Source: the human T2T-CHM13v2.0 reference genome, Homo sapiens
Direction: 5' to 3' (one strand)
DNA: 64,000 bases
Assembly: GCF_009914755.1 (NCBI RefSeq)
Contig: NC_060930.1
This document shows, one piece after another, positions 12,275 to 22,650 of the stretch. Made by a program: the position numbers and the translations under genes. Positions within the stretch are counted from its first letter, which is position 1, and each line of letters starts with the position of its first letter. Below the pieces are notes generated by a model that did not search any database, had not been told where the DNA came from, and saw only the letters and a program-made list of their open reading frames with translations.

Positions 12275-13627
12275 CTGAGTTAGCTTTGTTGCAGTAACAA
12301 AAAAGAAATTCCCTGATAAACCCCAGTTCTGCTGTCTGAGAGCTCAGTTCACTGGTTTCTACAGCTCTTGGTTTTATTTTCTGGGGTGTTCTTCCTGTTC
12401 CACTGTTGTTCTTGAATATCTGAAGGGAACATTGGAGAATATGTCCTTTTTAGGTACTAAGCAGATTTATTAATATAGTAACTCATAGTAGAAATTCTGG
12501 GCCCCCCAAATTCTTTTAACTCTTAATTTGTCATAATGTCTCTTACTCTTGGTTGGTGAAACTTTTGCCAGTACAGTCAGTCCTCTGGATCTGTGCACTG
12601 TACATCTGTAGATTCAACCAACCACTGATCAAAAATATTTTTTAAGTGTCTATACTGAACATGTAGACTTTTTTTTGTAATTATTGCCAAAACAATACAG
12701 TAGAACAACCATCAAAACAGCATTTATACTATATTGTTAATAGACATTATAAGCAATCTAGACATGATTTGAAGCATATGGGAGGAGGATGTGCATAGGT
12801 TGTATGCAAATACTATGACATTTTATGTAAATAACTTGAGCAGCTCAGATTTTGGTATCTGGAAGGAGTGCTAGAACAATCCCTTATGGATACTGAGAGA
12901 TGACTGTACGATCTGTCAAACTTTTGTGTCCAAACAGTTCTATGTGCCAAAAGCTATACCCACAATTCTTTTTGAGATACTCCTCTCTCTCTAGATTTAT
13001 CTTGAGTTTACTGGCCTCCTGGATGAGCCATGCGTACATTCTCTTTATCCTAAGCATTTTTCCCCCAATAAAAGATTTTCTATGGGCAATTTTGAACCAT
13101 TCACAGTGTTTAACTAAGGAGGTGATGATCATACAAAAGATTTGGTTGTTTTCTTGAGATATAGTATAAGTTTTGTTGCCCAAGCAGTTAATTTTTTCTC
13201 TCACTGGTTATAGATAAAAAAATTAACTGCATCTTCCAGTCCTGCTAGAACTGAAGTTTCTAGATTCCCTCTATATACTTTCATCCCAGGATCATCTCCA
13301 TACTTTCATCAAAATTCTATTGAGCTTCTCTTACTCTTGTAATACCTAATCAAAGACAGCTAAAAATAACAACCCAGGCACCCCAGCAAAATTCTTACAT
13401 TGCAATCTCTTTGTCTAAAACCACAAGTTCAACAGGTACATTTGCTCACTTCCATGATATCACAGATGACATTTAACCCAAATATGACATCACTGCGTAA
13501 TATAGATCATCATTCTTCTCATCTTCCAATAATATTTTCCCCATTACCTACCACCTGGCTCTGAGGCCAGTAGCTCATATTTTATGTCTTTTTGAAGTCA
13601 TCACCCTACTTCTGGTACCAACTTCTG
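12275..13627 (-). mobile_element. MLT1 (MaLR) internal region remnant, interrupted by MER2
   Basis: Ends at CCCTACTTCTGGTACCAACTTC-TGTG, the typical MaLR internal/5'LTR junction in reverse. Confidence 0.55.
12574..12906. mobile_element. MER2 TcMar-Tigger MITE
   Basis: TA|CAGTCAGTCCTC...GGATACTGAGAGATGACTG|TA: TIRs plus TA TSD; internal GATTCAACCAACCAC and GGAGGATGTGCATAGGTTGTATGCAAATACTATG. Confidence 0.9.
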
Positions 13628-13788
13628 TGTGCTGGTTCAGATTTCTGTGTTTTCTTAGATTTGCTTCAGTAGCAGCAATCATAAAATCCCATTAATTTAC
13701 AATAACAAAATTTATTTTTTGTTCTCATTACATTTGGGAAGCTAGCAGATTGGTAGCTGCAGCTCTGCTCCCCAGGTCGTCTCAATTT
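13628..13788 (-). mobile_element. MLT1J/K-like LTR, part 1 (split by NGRN retrocopy and Tigger3b)
   Basis: AATTTACAATAACAAAATTTATTTTTTGTTCTCA..GCAGCTCTGCTCC, reverse MLT1J-type LTR 3' half. Confidence 0.55.
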
Positions 13789-13789
13789 A

Positions 13790-15585
13790 GTTTCCCAATT
13801 CCCTCCCCAACATATATTGCAGGTATCATAGAAACTGATATGGGCTGGTTTGCAGCATACAGAAAGACCAAGCAAAAAGGGGTAAAGATCTACAGGGGTC
13901 AGCCTGGGAACAGTGCTCCAAGAGGTTTGAATCTATCTAAGCAGATCTTTCCTCCCACATTCCAGGCTCATCACTTCCTCCTATTTCAATGTGGCTAATC
14001 CATACACAGATATTTAGACAGCTCCACATACTCTTGTCCAGCTGTATTGAATGAGACATTTCCCATAAGCTAAGCCCCAGCTCAAATTCTGTATAGGAAG
14101 CTCCCGATGCTGTCCCAGAACTCACAGGCCAATGTGCTCTACTTTGTTGCTGAAGTTTGGTCACCTGGTTCCCTTAACTTCAACTCCTCCAGCTCCTCAT
14201 CATTTGGCAATCCATTGCTGACAGTCGTTCTGGGCTTCCCAATCACTGCTGGAGTACTTCAGCCCTTTATGCCTAAGGCTGCAGCGACAGGCATAAAGCT
14301 CTCCTCCAGGCCCTGGATTCCATTTTTCCTTCCCTTCTGTAACCTCGCAGTGTATGTACTGTGAGTTTTCGACACTCTCAGTTTAAAGCCATGCTCTGAC
14401 TCTGGCCTTTCGATGAGGCATCATCCTCTCGCTTCAGCAAAGAGCCTGATACAGAGTGCCCTGCAGAGAATAGTTTCAAGATGTCTCCAGAGCCCTGGAG
14501 CTGCCTGAGTGAGAGGGCAACCCAGCTGTCTTAAGGACTTTTTTTTTTTTTTTTTTCCAAATCAGGATCTTACTACCTGGCCCAGATGGGAGTGTAGGGG
14601 CATGATCATAGTTCACTGCAGCCTCAACCTCCTGGGCTCATGCAATCCTCCTGCCTCAGCCTCCTGAGTAGCTAGCACTAAAGGAGTGCACAACCAAGTC
14701 CAGCTAATTTCTAAAACCATCAAGGTCCTGCTATAGTGCTCATGGTCCCACTACATTGCTGGTCTGGAACTCCTGGTCTGATGCAATCCTCCCCCTCCAC
14801 TTCCCAAAGTGCTGGGATTATAGGCAGGAGCCACTGTGTCCAACCTCATAAGGACTTTTTGATCCAGCTTCAGTTTCTGCTCCAATGTTGGTACAACCCT
14901 GCTTTTGAAAACCCTTTGGATCACATTGGTGCTGCATCAAAGCCTTCAGCCAACCTGGGAACTGACCAGGATGCTACAAATTCCTTATGTAAATACCAGA
15001 TCTGCTTTATGGACAGGGCACCTGGCGCCTCCATTTACCTCCAAATTTGTTGATATCAGATTGCATTTTTCTGTCATTTCAGGGCACCGAGGAAGAGAAC
15101 CAATGGCAGAGGCCACATGTGCAAGCAAGATGGGAGTCTGGAGAGCCTCAGGCTAAATCACGAGTGCTCAGCCCTCTCCTCTTTGTAAGGGCAACCGGGT
15201 CATATCTGCCAGCATAGAACTGCTCTGTCCACAGCCCTAAAATCTAATACCTAGAACAATAAATGCACTTAAGCATGTCAAACTCTCTCAACCAGTGATG
15301 AAATCTGTCACTAGCGAAGGGACTTGTCCCAAGGGAGCTGAACACCTGCCCCTGCACCCTGACAATGTATAAGAAACAAGCACCACTGTGGATGCAGCCC
15401 CAGAGGCCTAGTGTCACGGGGGTGCAAGGCCCTGCTTCAGGCTGGGGGCCTGGGGAGGGGCTGGTACCTCTCTACCTCCTGCAGCTCCTGTTCCTCTGGC
15501 TCCTGGTGAAAATCTGGGTCTGAACCCATAGCAAGTGAGGGCCACAAGGCTTCACCTTCTGAGATGCAGCTAGAAGAAACAGCTG
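13790..15585 (-). pseudogene. NGRN (pseudogene): Semi-processed retropseudogene of neugrin (NGRN), with premature stops, frameshifts and an AluJ insertion
   Basis: Minus-strand translation gives segments matching recalled human NGRN: DPDFHQEPEEQELQEVE (NGRN DPDSDWEPEERELQEVE); LK*QKNAI*YQQIWR*MEAPGA (LKRQKQAIRFQKIRRQMEAPGA); QIWYLHKEFVASWSVPRLAEGFD; VIQRVFKSRVVPTLEQKLKLDQKVLK; AGHSVSGSLL; IQGLEESFMPVAAALG; EFWDSIGSFLYRI* (EFFDSNGNFLYRI*), stop at 14084-14082. About 290 nt of 3'UTR-like sequence follows. Confidence 0.92.
14541..14845 (-). mobile_element. AluJ (AluJo-like) inserted in NGRN pseudogene CDS
   Basis: GATCATAGTTCACTGCAGCCTCAACCTCCTGGGCTCA J-type diagnostics; TSD tcttaaggactt / tcataaggactt. 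Confidence 0.92.
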
Positions 15586-15595
15586 GTATAATATA

Positions 15596-16792
15596 TGGTC
15601 ATGCACTACCTAACTACGTTTCCTCAACATGGGACTGCATATATGACAATGGTCTGTCCCGTGAGATTATAATAAAGCTGAAAAATTTCTATCACCCAGT
15701 CATATCATAGCCATAGTAATGTCAAGGCCCAAGGTATTGTGTGTCTGTGGTGATGCCGGTGTAAACAAACTTGCCACACTGCCAGTCATATGAATAGAGC
15801 ACAAACAATTATGTAATATATAGTACTTGATCAAAATACACAACTATATTTCTGGTTTATGTATTTACTATACTATACTTTTAATCATTATTTTAGAGTG
15901 TACTCCTTCTGCATCTATGTGTCAACTGCAAAACAACCTCAGGCAGGTCCTTCAGGAGGTATTCCAGAGGAAGGCAATGTAATCACAGATGACAGCTCTA
16001 TGCAGGTTATCACCCCTGAAGACCTTCTACTGGGACAAGATGTGGAGGTAGAAGACAGTAATATTGATGATCCTGACCCTGTGTAAGCCTAGGCTAATGC
16101 ATATGCGTGCTGTGTCTTAGTTTTTACCAAAAAGTTTAAAAAGTAAAATAAAAATAGGAAATAGCTTATGGAATAAGGATATAAAGAAACCATTTTTGTA
16201 CAGCTGTACATGTGTTTGTGTTTTCAGCTGTGTTATTACAAAAAGGTCAAACTTTAAAAATAAACAAGTTTATAAAGTAAAAAGATTTCAGTAAAGTACA
16301 GTAAGGTTAATTTATGGTTGAAGAAAAACATTTTAAAAATAAATTTAGTGTAGCCTAAGTGTCCAGTGTTTCTAAAGTCTACAGTAGCATGCAGTCATGT
16401 CCTAGGCCTTCACGTTCACTCACCACTCACTCACTGACTCACCCAGAGCAAATTCCTGTCCTGCAAGCTCCATTCATGGTAAGTGCCCTACACAGGTGTA
16501 CCATTTTAACCTTTTACATCATATTTTTATTGTACTTTAAACATATCTACATTTACATGTTTAGATACATAGGTGTTTACCATTGTGCTACAATTGCCTA
16601 TGGTATTCAGTACAGTAACACGCTGTACAGGTTTGTAGCCTAGGAGTGATAGCCTATACCATACAGACTAGGTGTGGTAGGTTGTACCATCTAGGTTTAA
16701 GTAAGTATACTCTATGATGTTCCCACAACAACAGAATTGCTGAATGAAGCATTTCTCAGAATATATCCCCATGGTTAAGCAACCAATGAGTG
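15596..16792 (-). mobile_element. Tigger3b (MER7B/Golem_B-like) TcMar-Tigger element, ~1.2 kb
   Basis: TA-flanked degenerate TIRs; internal CCTCAGGCAGGTCCTTCAGGAGGTATTCCAGAGGAAGGC and TACAGGTTTGTAGCCTAGGAG motifs. Confidence 0.9.
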
Positions 16793-16839
16793 TATTTTCT
16801 GTCTACCTTTCACCTCCATAATATATATATTTTTCTACA

Positions 16840-17105
16840 TTTCTCATGGTAGAGGGAAAGAGCAACAGGACTTCCAGAAAAAAAACTAATGTGTCTTCAG
16901 ACTTCTGCTTGTATGTGGCTCATGTTATATCTGAGCGTATGCTACTGGACAAAGTGAGTCACATAGCCAAGGCTTACAATGGGATGGGGAAGCATACTTC
17001 ATTTTTGTGAAGGCACTCTAAGTCACATGGCATCAGTGGGGTCATCTTGTTCTTTTATAGTGAAGAGGGGAGTAAATAATAGAGGACAATAATACAGTCC
17101 ACCAA
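16840..17105 (-). mobile_element. MLT1J/K-like LTR, part 2
   Basis: CTGGACAAAGTGAGTCACATAGCCAAG..AAGTCACATGGCA..GGACAATAATACAGTCCACCA, reverse LTR 5' half. Confidence 0.6.
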
Positions 17106-17342
17106 AGATACTGAGGCCAATTATATCCAAAAAGCAAGATCAGTTTGGTGGAATGACTTACTAATGCACTGAGATGCCCATATGCCCATATTCCCTGCCA
17201 AACAGTCTAAATGGAAAACTAGAATCCTAATTAAAATGAGAAAAGGCGTGTCACAAAGCTTCCTTTATTGTAGAGCAGTTGAGTTGTGATGTTCGTTACT
17301 AGATTTTTTTTATTAGCATGTTGTTAGTTGTATGTATGCCTT

Positions 17343-17502
17343 CTATTTATTAAGCACTTATTATGAGCCAAGCATAGTAGTAAACCTTTTTCTGACCTTA
17401 TTTAAACCTATCAACAGTCTCAAGTTGGAACTAGGTCTCTTTCCATTTACAGATAAAAATATTAAAGGACAGAATAACTAAGCAACTTGCCCAAAGTCAC
17501 AG
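17343..17502 (-). mobile_element. MIR
   Basis: ATTTATTAAGCACTTATTATGAGCCAAGC..CCATTTACAGATAAAA..AAGCAACTTGCCCAAAGTCACAG. Confidence 0.75.
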
Positions 17503-17559
17503 GTCCCTGCTCTTATCTGCTATATTTTCTTTCTCTATTTTTCTTTTTCGTGTAATACA

Positions 17560-17910
17560 GAAAGCCCATGATCATCCTGATGCCTCCTCTGTGTGGATAT
17601 CGCAGGAATGGCAACTTACGACCTTATGAAGTAGTTTATTCTAATTTAGGGTAGCTCAAATTACTAGAACAAATATTTAATGGGCCTTTAATCTTCTACC
17701 CCTAAAATTTTTTCCAGTTGGTTCTAGTTTTATCTTATGGAGCTAAATGTATGGAAAATAATTCAAAGAACCTTCCTTCAAGTAGTAGAAATCATCTTCT
17801 AGATTTTATCTTTCCCAATCTAAAAATACATTGTTGTTTCAACAATTCCATGAATAACATGGATTGTGGATTTTTATCATCCTGGTTACTTTTCTCTTGG
17901 ACTGCCAAAC
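17560..17910 (-). mobile_element. L3/CR1 fragment
   Basis: CCAGTTGGTTCTAGTTTTATCTTATGGAGC..CCTTCAAGTA..CATCCTGGTTACTTTTCTCTTGGAC, resembling reverse CR1 3' region. Confidence 0.55.
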
Positions 17911-19072
17911 ATTTAAGTGCAGAACAAGAACTGTCTGCAATAAAACATAATGAATGTTTATGCTAAATTTTTAAGCATCGACAGCTTCTATTCAACTGAT
18001 GTATCTCAGAACACAAAAGAGTACTTGCTGTTTCGGGAAATTTGGTTCCTGTCTCCTTCTCTGATCTGAATTGTTATGTTGATAAATTTGCCATATTCTG
18101 CTGAAGAACAAATTCTGGCATCTTCACTGAGGAATCAGTGTCTGCCTCTAATACTTCTTTCTGTGAAATCCTGACCTGAAGTCTCCTCTATCATCCCAAA
18201 GATTTAAAAAAGATTAAAGGTGAGGCATGGGTTTCTCTGGCCTGCTTTGGTAAATTTATGTGCTCACATAACTCATTAATTGTTTAGGTTTAATTCAAGA
18301 CAAATACCTGCACGTTTATGTTTGACACTAGTATTTATCAAATCCCAAAGCTGATCTGAACCCTAAACAAACCATATTCTTGGCAGCTCCTCCAAATAAC
18401 ACACATAGCAAATATATTGACATCAGTTGTACTTTAAAATGTCAACTCTGCTTTTCCTTTTCTCATGGTGCTAATAAAAGATTTTATTTAAAAACGCTAA
18501 ACTTGGGAATGAATGCCAAATTCCTCTCTTACCATTCAGTAGGTCTTTTCCTGTTTTAGGTGTAGGCTATGGATTATTTCATTTGACCTTCTTGCTGTTT
18601 ACCTGGTTATAATATGTGAAAATACAAAATTTAAAGTCTCCATTATGCTATGGGAACGTAAAACTTTTTTATTTTTTAAGAGAATCTGTAAATATGTACA
18701 TTTCAGAGCTACCACAACTAGAATTATCTTTACTGTTAATTAATTAATCAAAAATATGGTGGACATTATTAACAATAAGCCCTGAAGCAACATTTTTGGA
18801 AATGACCTAAAAGAATTGCTGGACTGTCATTCAAAGTTCAATAAAAATGCCTTATAGGAACTTTTCTCTTGGACTAACACGTCATGATGGAGTTGAACAA
18901 GCAGTAGATTAACATCTGAACACCAATTTTAAATTACAGTGTTGTGTGATATTAATAGAGTGATTGTAATTAAGTAACTAGGCCTCCTTTGATCTTGTTT
19001 GCCTTATCTGTTAAATAATCTACTCTTACCATCACCATCACTAATGATAAAAACATTTAAAATATTGCTACT

Positions 19073-19601
19073 TGTGCTAGGCAGAATCATGGCCTCAAAG
19101 ATGTCTATGACTTAGTCTCTGGAACCTGTAACTATGTTAGCTCACATGGTACAACGGACTTTTCAGAGGTGATTAAATTAAAAATCTTGACATGGGGAGA
19201 TTATCCAGGATTGCCTGGGAGAATGGGCATTGTAATCACTTGGGTTCTTAAAAGTGAAAGAGGGAGGGAGGGAGGGAGGGAGGGAGGGGATATGAGAATA
19301 GAAGCAGAGTCAGAGTGATGCAGCTTAAGAAACACCTGACTGTATATTGCTGCCTGGCTTCGAAGGTGGAAGGGACCATGAGCTAAGGAATGGAGGTGGC
19401 GTCTAGAAGCTGGAAGAGGCAAGCACACAGATTCTCCCCTAGAGCCTCTGGAAGGAAGGCACACCTGCCAACACCTTGATTTTAGTCCAGTGAGACCTAT
19501 TTTGGACTTCGACTTCTGACAATGTAATACAATCAATTTGTGTTGTTTTAAGCCACTAAGTTTGTGGTAATTTGTTGTTGCAGTAATAAGAAACGAATAC
19601 A
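19073..19601 (+). mobile_element. MLT1D MaLR solo LTR inserted in a MIR
   Basis: TGTGCTAGGCAGAATCATGGCC..AAAGATGTC start, ends AAACGAATACA; perfect TSD ctact (19068-72 / 19602-06). Confidence 0.92.
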
Positions 19602-21418
19602 CTACTTCATTAGATTACTGTAATGATTCCAAAATTTAATAGATTATGAGAAAGCACTTTGTAAACTGAAGTACGATAGAAATGTTAATTATTATTGATA
19701 AAATTAAAGTAGGTTCTAACAACTCTAATTAGAAGGATGAGGTCTGTTTCAAATAAAATCCAGATTAGAGATGGGCTAGTGAGTCTTTGCCATTTTCATA
19801 AACTTTCATAGGGATCCTCCCCAAAATGAATTAACAGAACTATTAAAAGCAACCCCTCTGGGACCAATCTGAAATTAATTTTTCAGCTTTATCGCCGAAA
19901 CATTCTCTAAACCATAAATTAATAGGAAGCAATAATTCTCCCCTGAGCAGAGCAAATGCTTAAGTTGCAGGTCCACTGGTATAGCACACAAGCGGCCTGA
20001 GGATAAATCCATCTTTGGTGGTGGAAAATTCTTAAGTCAAAGAAAAATATATTATATGTCATAGCCCACTGTAGTGTAATTCTAATGGTAAGTTATTTTT
20101 CAGTTTTGTAGCCTGCATACATATATAGAGGAAACATCTTCCAGCTCAAGAAAGAACTCTGTTCTCGCCTTCTCCCTTCTAATCTCAGTCACTAGTTGTT
20201 ACCATTAATTAACCCTCATGAGAAAAACCTGATGACATCGTTTATTGGCAACAGACTATAATGATATTCCAATTGAAACAAATTAATAGGGGTGATCCCT
20301 TTTTAGCCAGCAGTTTCCTATTTTTTGTACCTGAAAACTATTTTGTATTCAGGAACAATAATATTTAAAATTTAAGTCAACTGATATGTTTGTTTTAAGC
20401 TATTTACTTATTTAGCATTGTGTAGAAAATTGATTAATTGGCTAAAAATCTTCACTGTTATTCTAGATATCTTGTTATCAAAAGGAACACTTCTGTATTC
20501 TCAAAATTATTAGTTTGTCCTTGCAGTGATTTTCAAAAGCATATCGATTGTTGAAATTAAAACTAATTTGTCTATTACAGACATGACCTTGGTTTCAAAC
20601 AGGTTCTGATAAATCTAGCCAGTGCAGCACAAACGGGAAAAAAAAAAGACATTGGAAAGAACATGGCTTAGCTACTGAACATTGTAGGGACACTGAGTCT
20701 ATAATTTCACTCTGGACCTTGAATGAAAACATGTTTCATTTAAATTTATTGCTACACAAAATTATTTTAATCTGGCAATTACGTAACAAAAAACTCCAGG
20801 GGAAATTTGAGCCACTAGACTTCTGGTAGTTGTAGTCGTTTACAAAAAGAGAGGACTGGAATGATACTAGGGTGAACGTGCAGTTCTGCCTCCAGGACTT
20901 AAAGGATGCCAGGGGAATATGGATTTTATTTATAAGGAATTCTCCTTGGGCCCAAACCTAAAACAGTCGGGTGTGGCATGCATTTTAGCAGCACGATGCG
21001 AACAGAAAATGAACAGAATTTTGGTTTGCTTTGGTGTATTTAGTTTTTTGGACTTTATCCAATAAAACTAAATTTTTTTTTTTTTTTTTTTGCATTTGTA
21101 ACTCTTGTCCTAAACTGCAACAGCTTTTGCAAAAAGTAGATTGGCACCTACAGTTGACTTCCCAGTGGAAGTTCTTGGACACCTTTCTACAAGAATGCAG
21201 TCCCCTCTGACCATTGGATTCATCTTACTCTACCCTAGGGGGCCTCGGAAACTTCAGGCTTTCCAGTGCCTAGACGGAGCATCCCTGCTTCCTAGTATCA
21301 GCTTCCTTCACTGTGTAGCTGCCTTAGAACCAAGCTAAGCACAGGAATGCCTCTGCGGAGGCAGCCTTGCGTGGCACCAGGGAATGTTGCTTTGTTTATT
21401 CATATTCCATCTCCTAAA

Positions 21419-21697
21419 TTTTTTTTTTTCCCCAGACAGGGTCTCAGCGCAATCAAGGCTCGCTACAGCCTCAACCTCCTGGGCTCAAGCAATCCTCCCG
21501 CCTCAATCACCCAAGTAGCTGGAACTACAGGCATGCGCCACCACATCCGGCTTTTTTTTTTTTTTTTTTTTTTTTTTGGTAGAGATGGGGTCTTTCTGTG
21601 TTGCCTAGGCTGATCGCAAGCTCCTGGGCTCAAGTGATCCTCCCATCTTGGCTCCCAGACTGCTAGGATTACAGGCACGAGACACTGTGCCCAGGCC
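21419..21697 (-). mobile_element. AluJ with small internal deletion and expanded central A-linker
   Basis: J-type CCTGGGCTCAAGCAATCCTCCC; T26 at 21552-21577 in linker position. Confidence 0.9.
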
Positions 21698-22549
21698 CAA
21701 ATTCTGTACTTCTCCCAGCTATTGTGAAGCCTCCGACATGGTCTGTTCTGATTCTGTCACCTTTCTCTTCCTTCTCAAGCCCCAGTAGGGGCCTTGCCTC
21801 TCCAGCGTTCCCTGCTTTTGGAGATCTTGCCTCCATGTTTCCATTATTGATGGAGGGACCGTGGCAGGACTTTGCTTTCCAATGTCACTATTATGTCAGC
21901 AGGCTAGCCCTGAACCCCACACAGTAAGACCCCTTATGTGAGGGTTTTACACCTACTTGATCTTATTCCTCTTTCCAGGTGAGCACCACACACTGACCTA
22001 GCTAGGCTCAGGGTAAGGTAGCTCTTGCTCATTTTGGCCAGGTATTTAATTACGTGACATTCACAGTGTGCCTTTCTACTTATCTTTTTATCCTTTTCAG
22101 TTCAAGAAACGTGGCTATACCAACTTGCCACAGTGCCCATCCCACTTTGTAGAAGACTTTGATATCTGACTCACAGAGAAACTCCTGCCAGGAGTTTATA
22201 TTGTGTGCAGCTGATTCAGGCAGTAACTTCCACTCAGCGAGGGGGTCCATTTACAAAAAATTACTTCTCTTCCTTTTATGCCCAGTATGGTTCTTAAAAT
22301 CAACCAGACCTATCTTTCACCAGCACGACTTGGTTCTTTTAAACCACAGTATTTCTGCTTCTTCTAGTTGGAAAACTTTAATATGAGATTGAAGATATGA
22401 TTTGCTTTCTGGATTGTTGTATGCTACTAAAACCGAAGAAAGAGAAGGAAAAATGGATGAATCGACGGACCATATCACCCTGGCACCTATATCAGCTCAA
22501 AAACTGAAGGAAATACCCCTTTCCTGCCCTCTCTTTGACTAATGCTATA

Positions 22550-22650
22550 GACTCTGAGTCAGTAGTTCCTGGTGGGACCTGAGAGTCCACATTCCTGATG
22601 AGCTCCAGGTGTTCCCATGCTGCTGCCCCTCTGACCACACTTAGAATAAG
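22550..22650. mobile_element. MER5A/B hAT MITE fragment
   Basis: CTCTGAGTCAGTAG..GGTGGGACCTGAGAGTC..GCTCCAGGTG..GACCACACTT. Confidence 0.55.

Noticed and set aside
14000-14080. NTAGQEY peptide on the minus strand resembling the small-GTPase DTAGQE motif
   Set aside because: Lies after the NGRN stop codon in 3'UTR-derived sequence; coincidental
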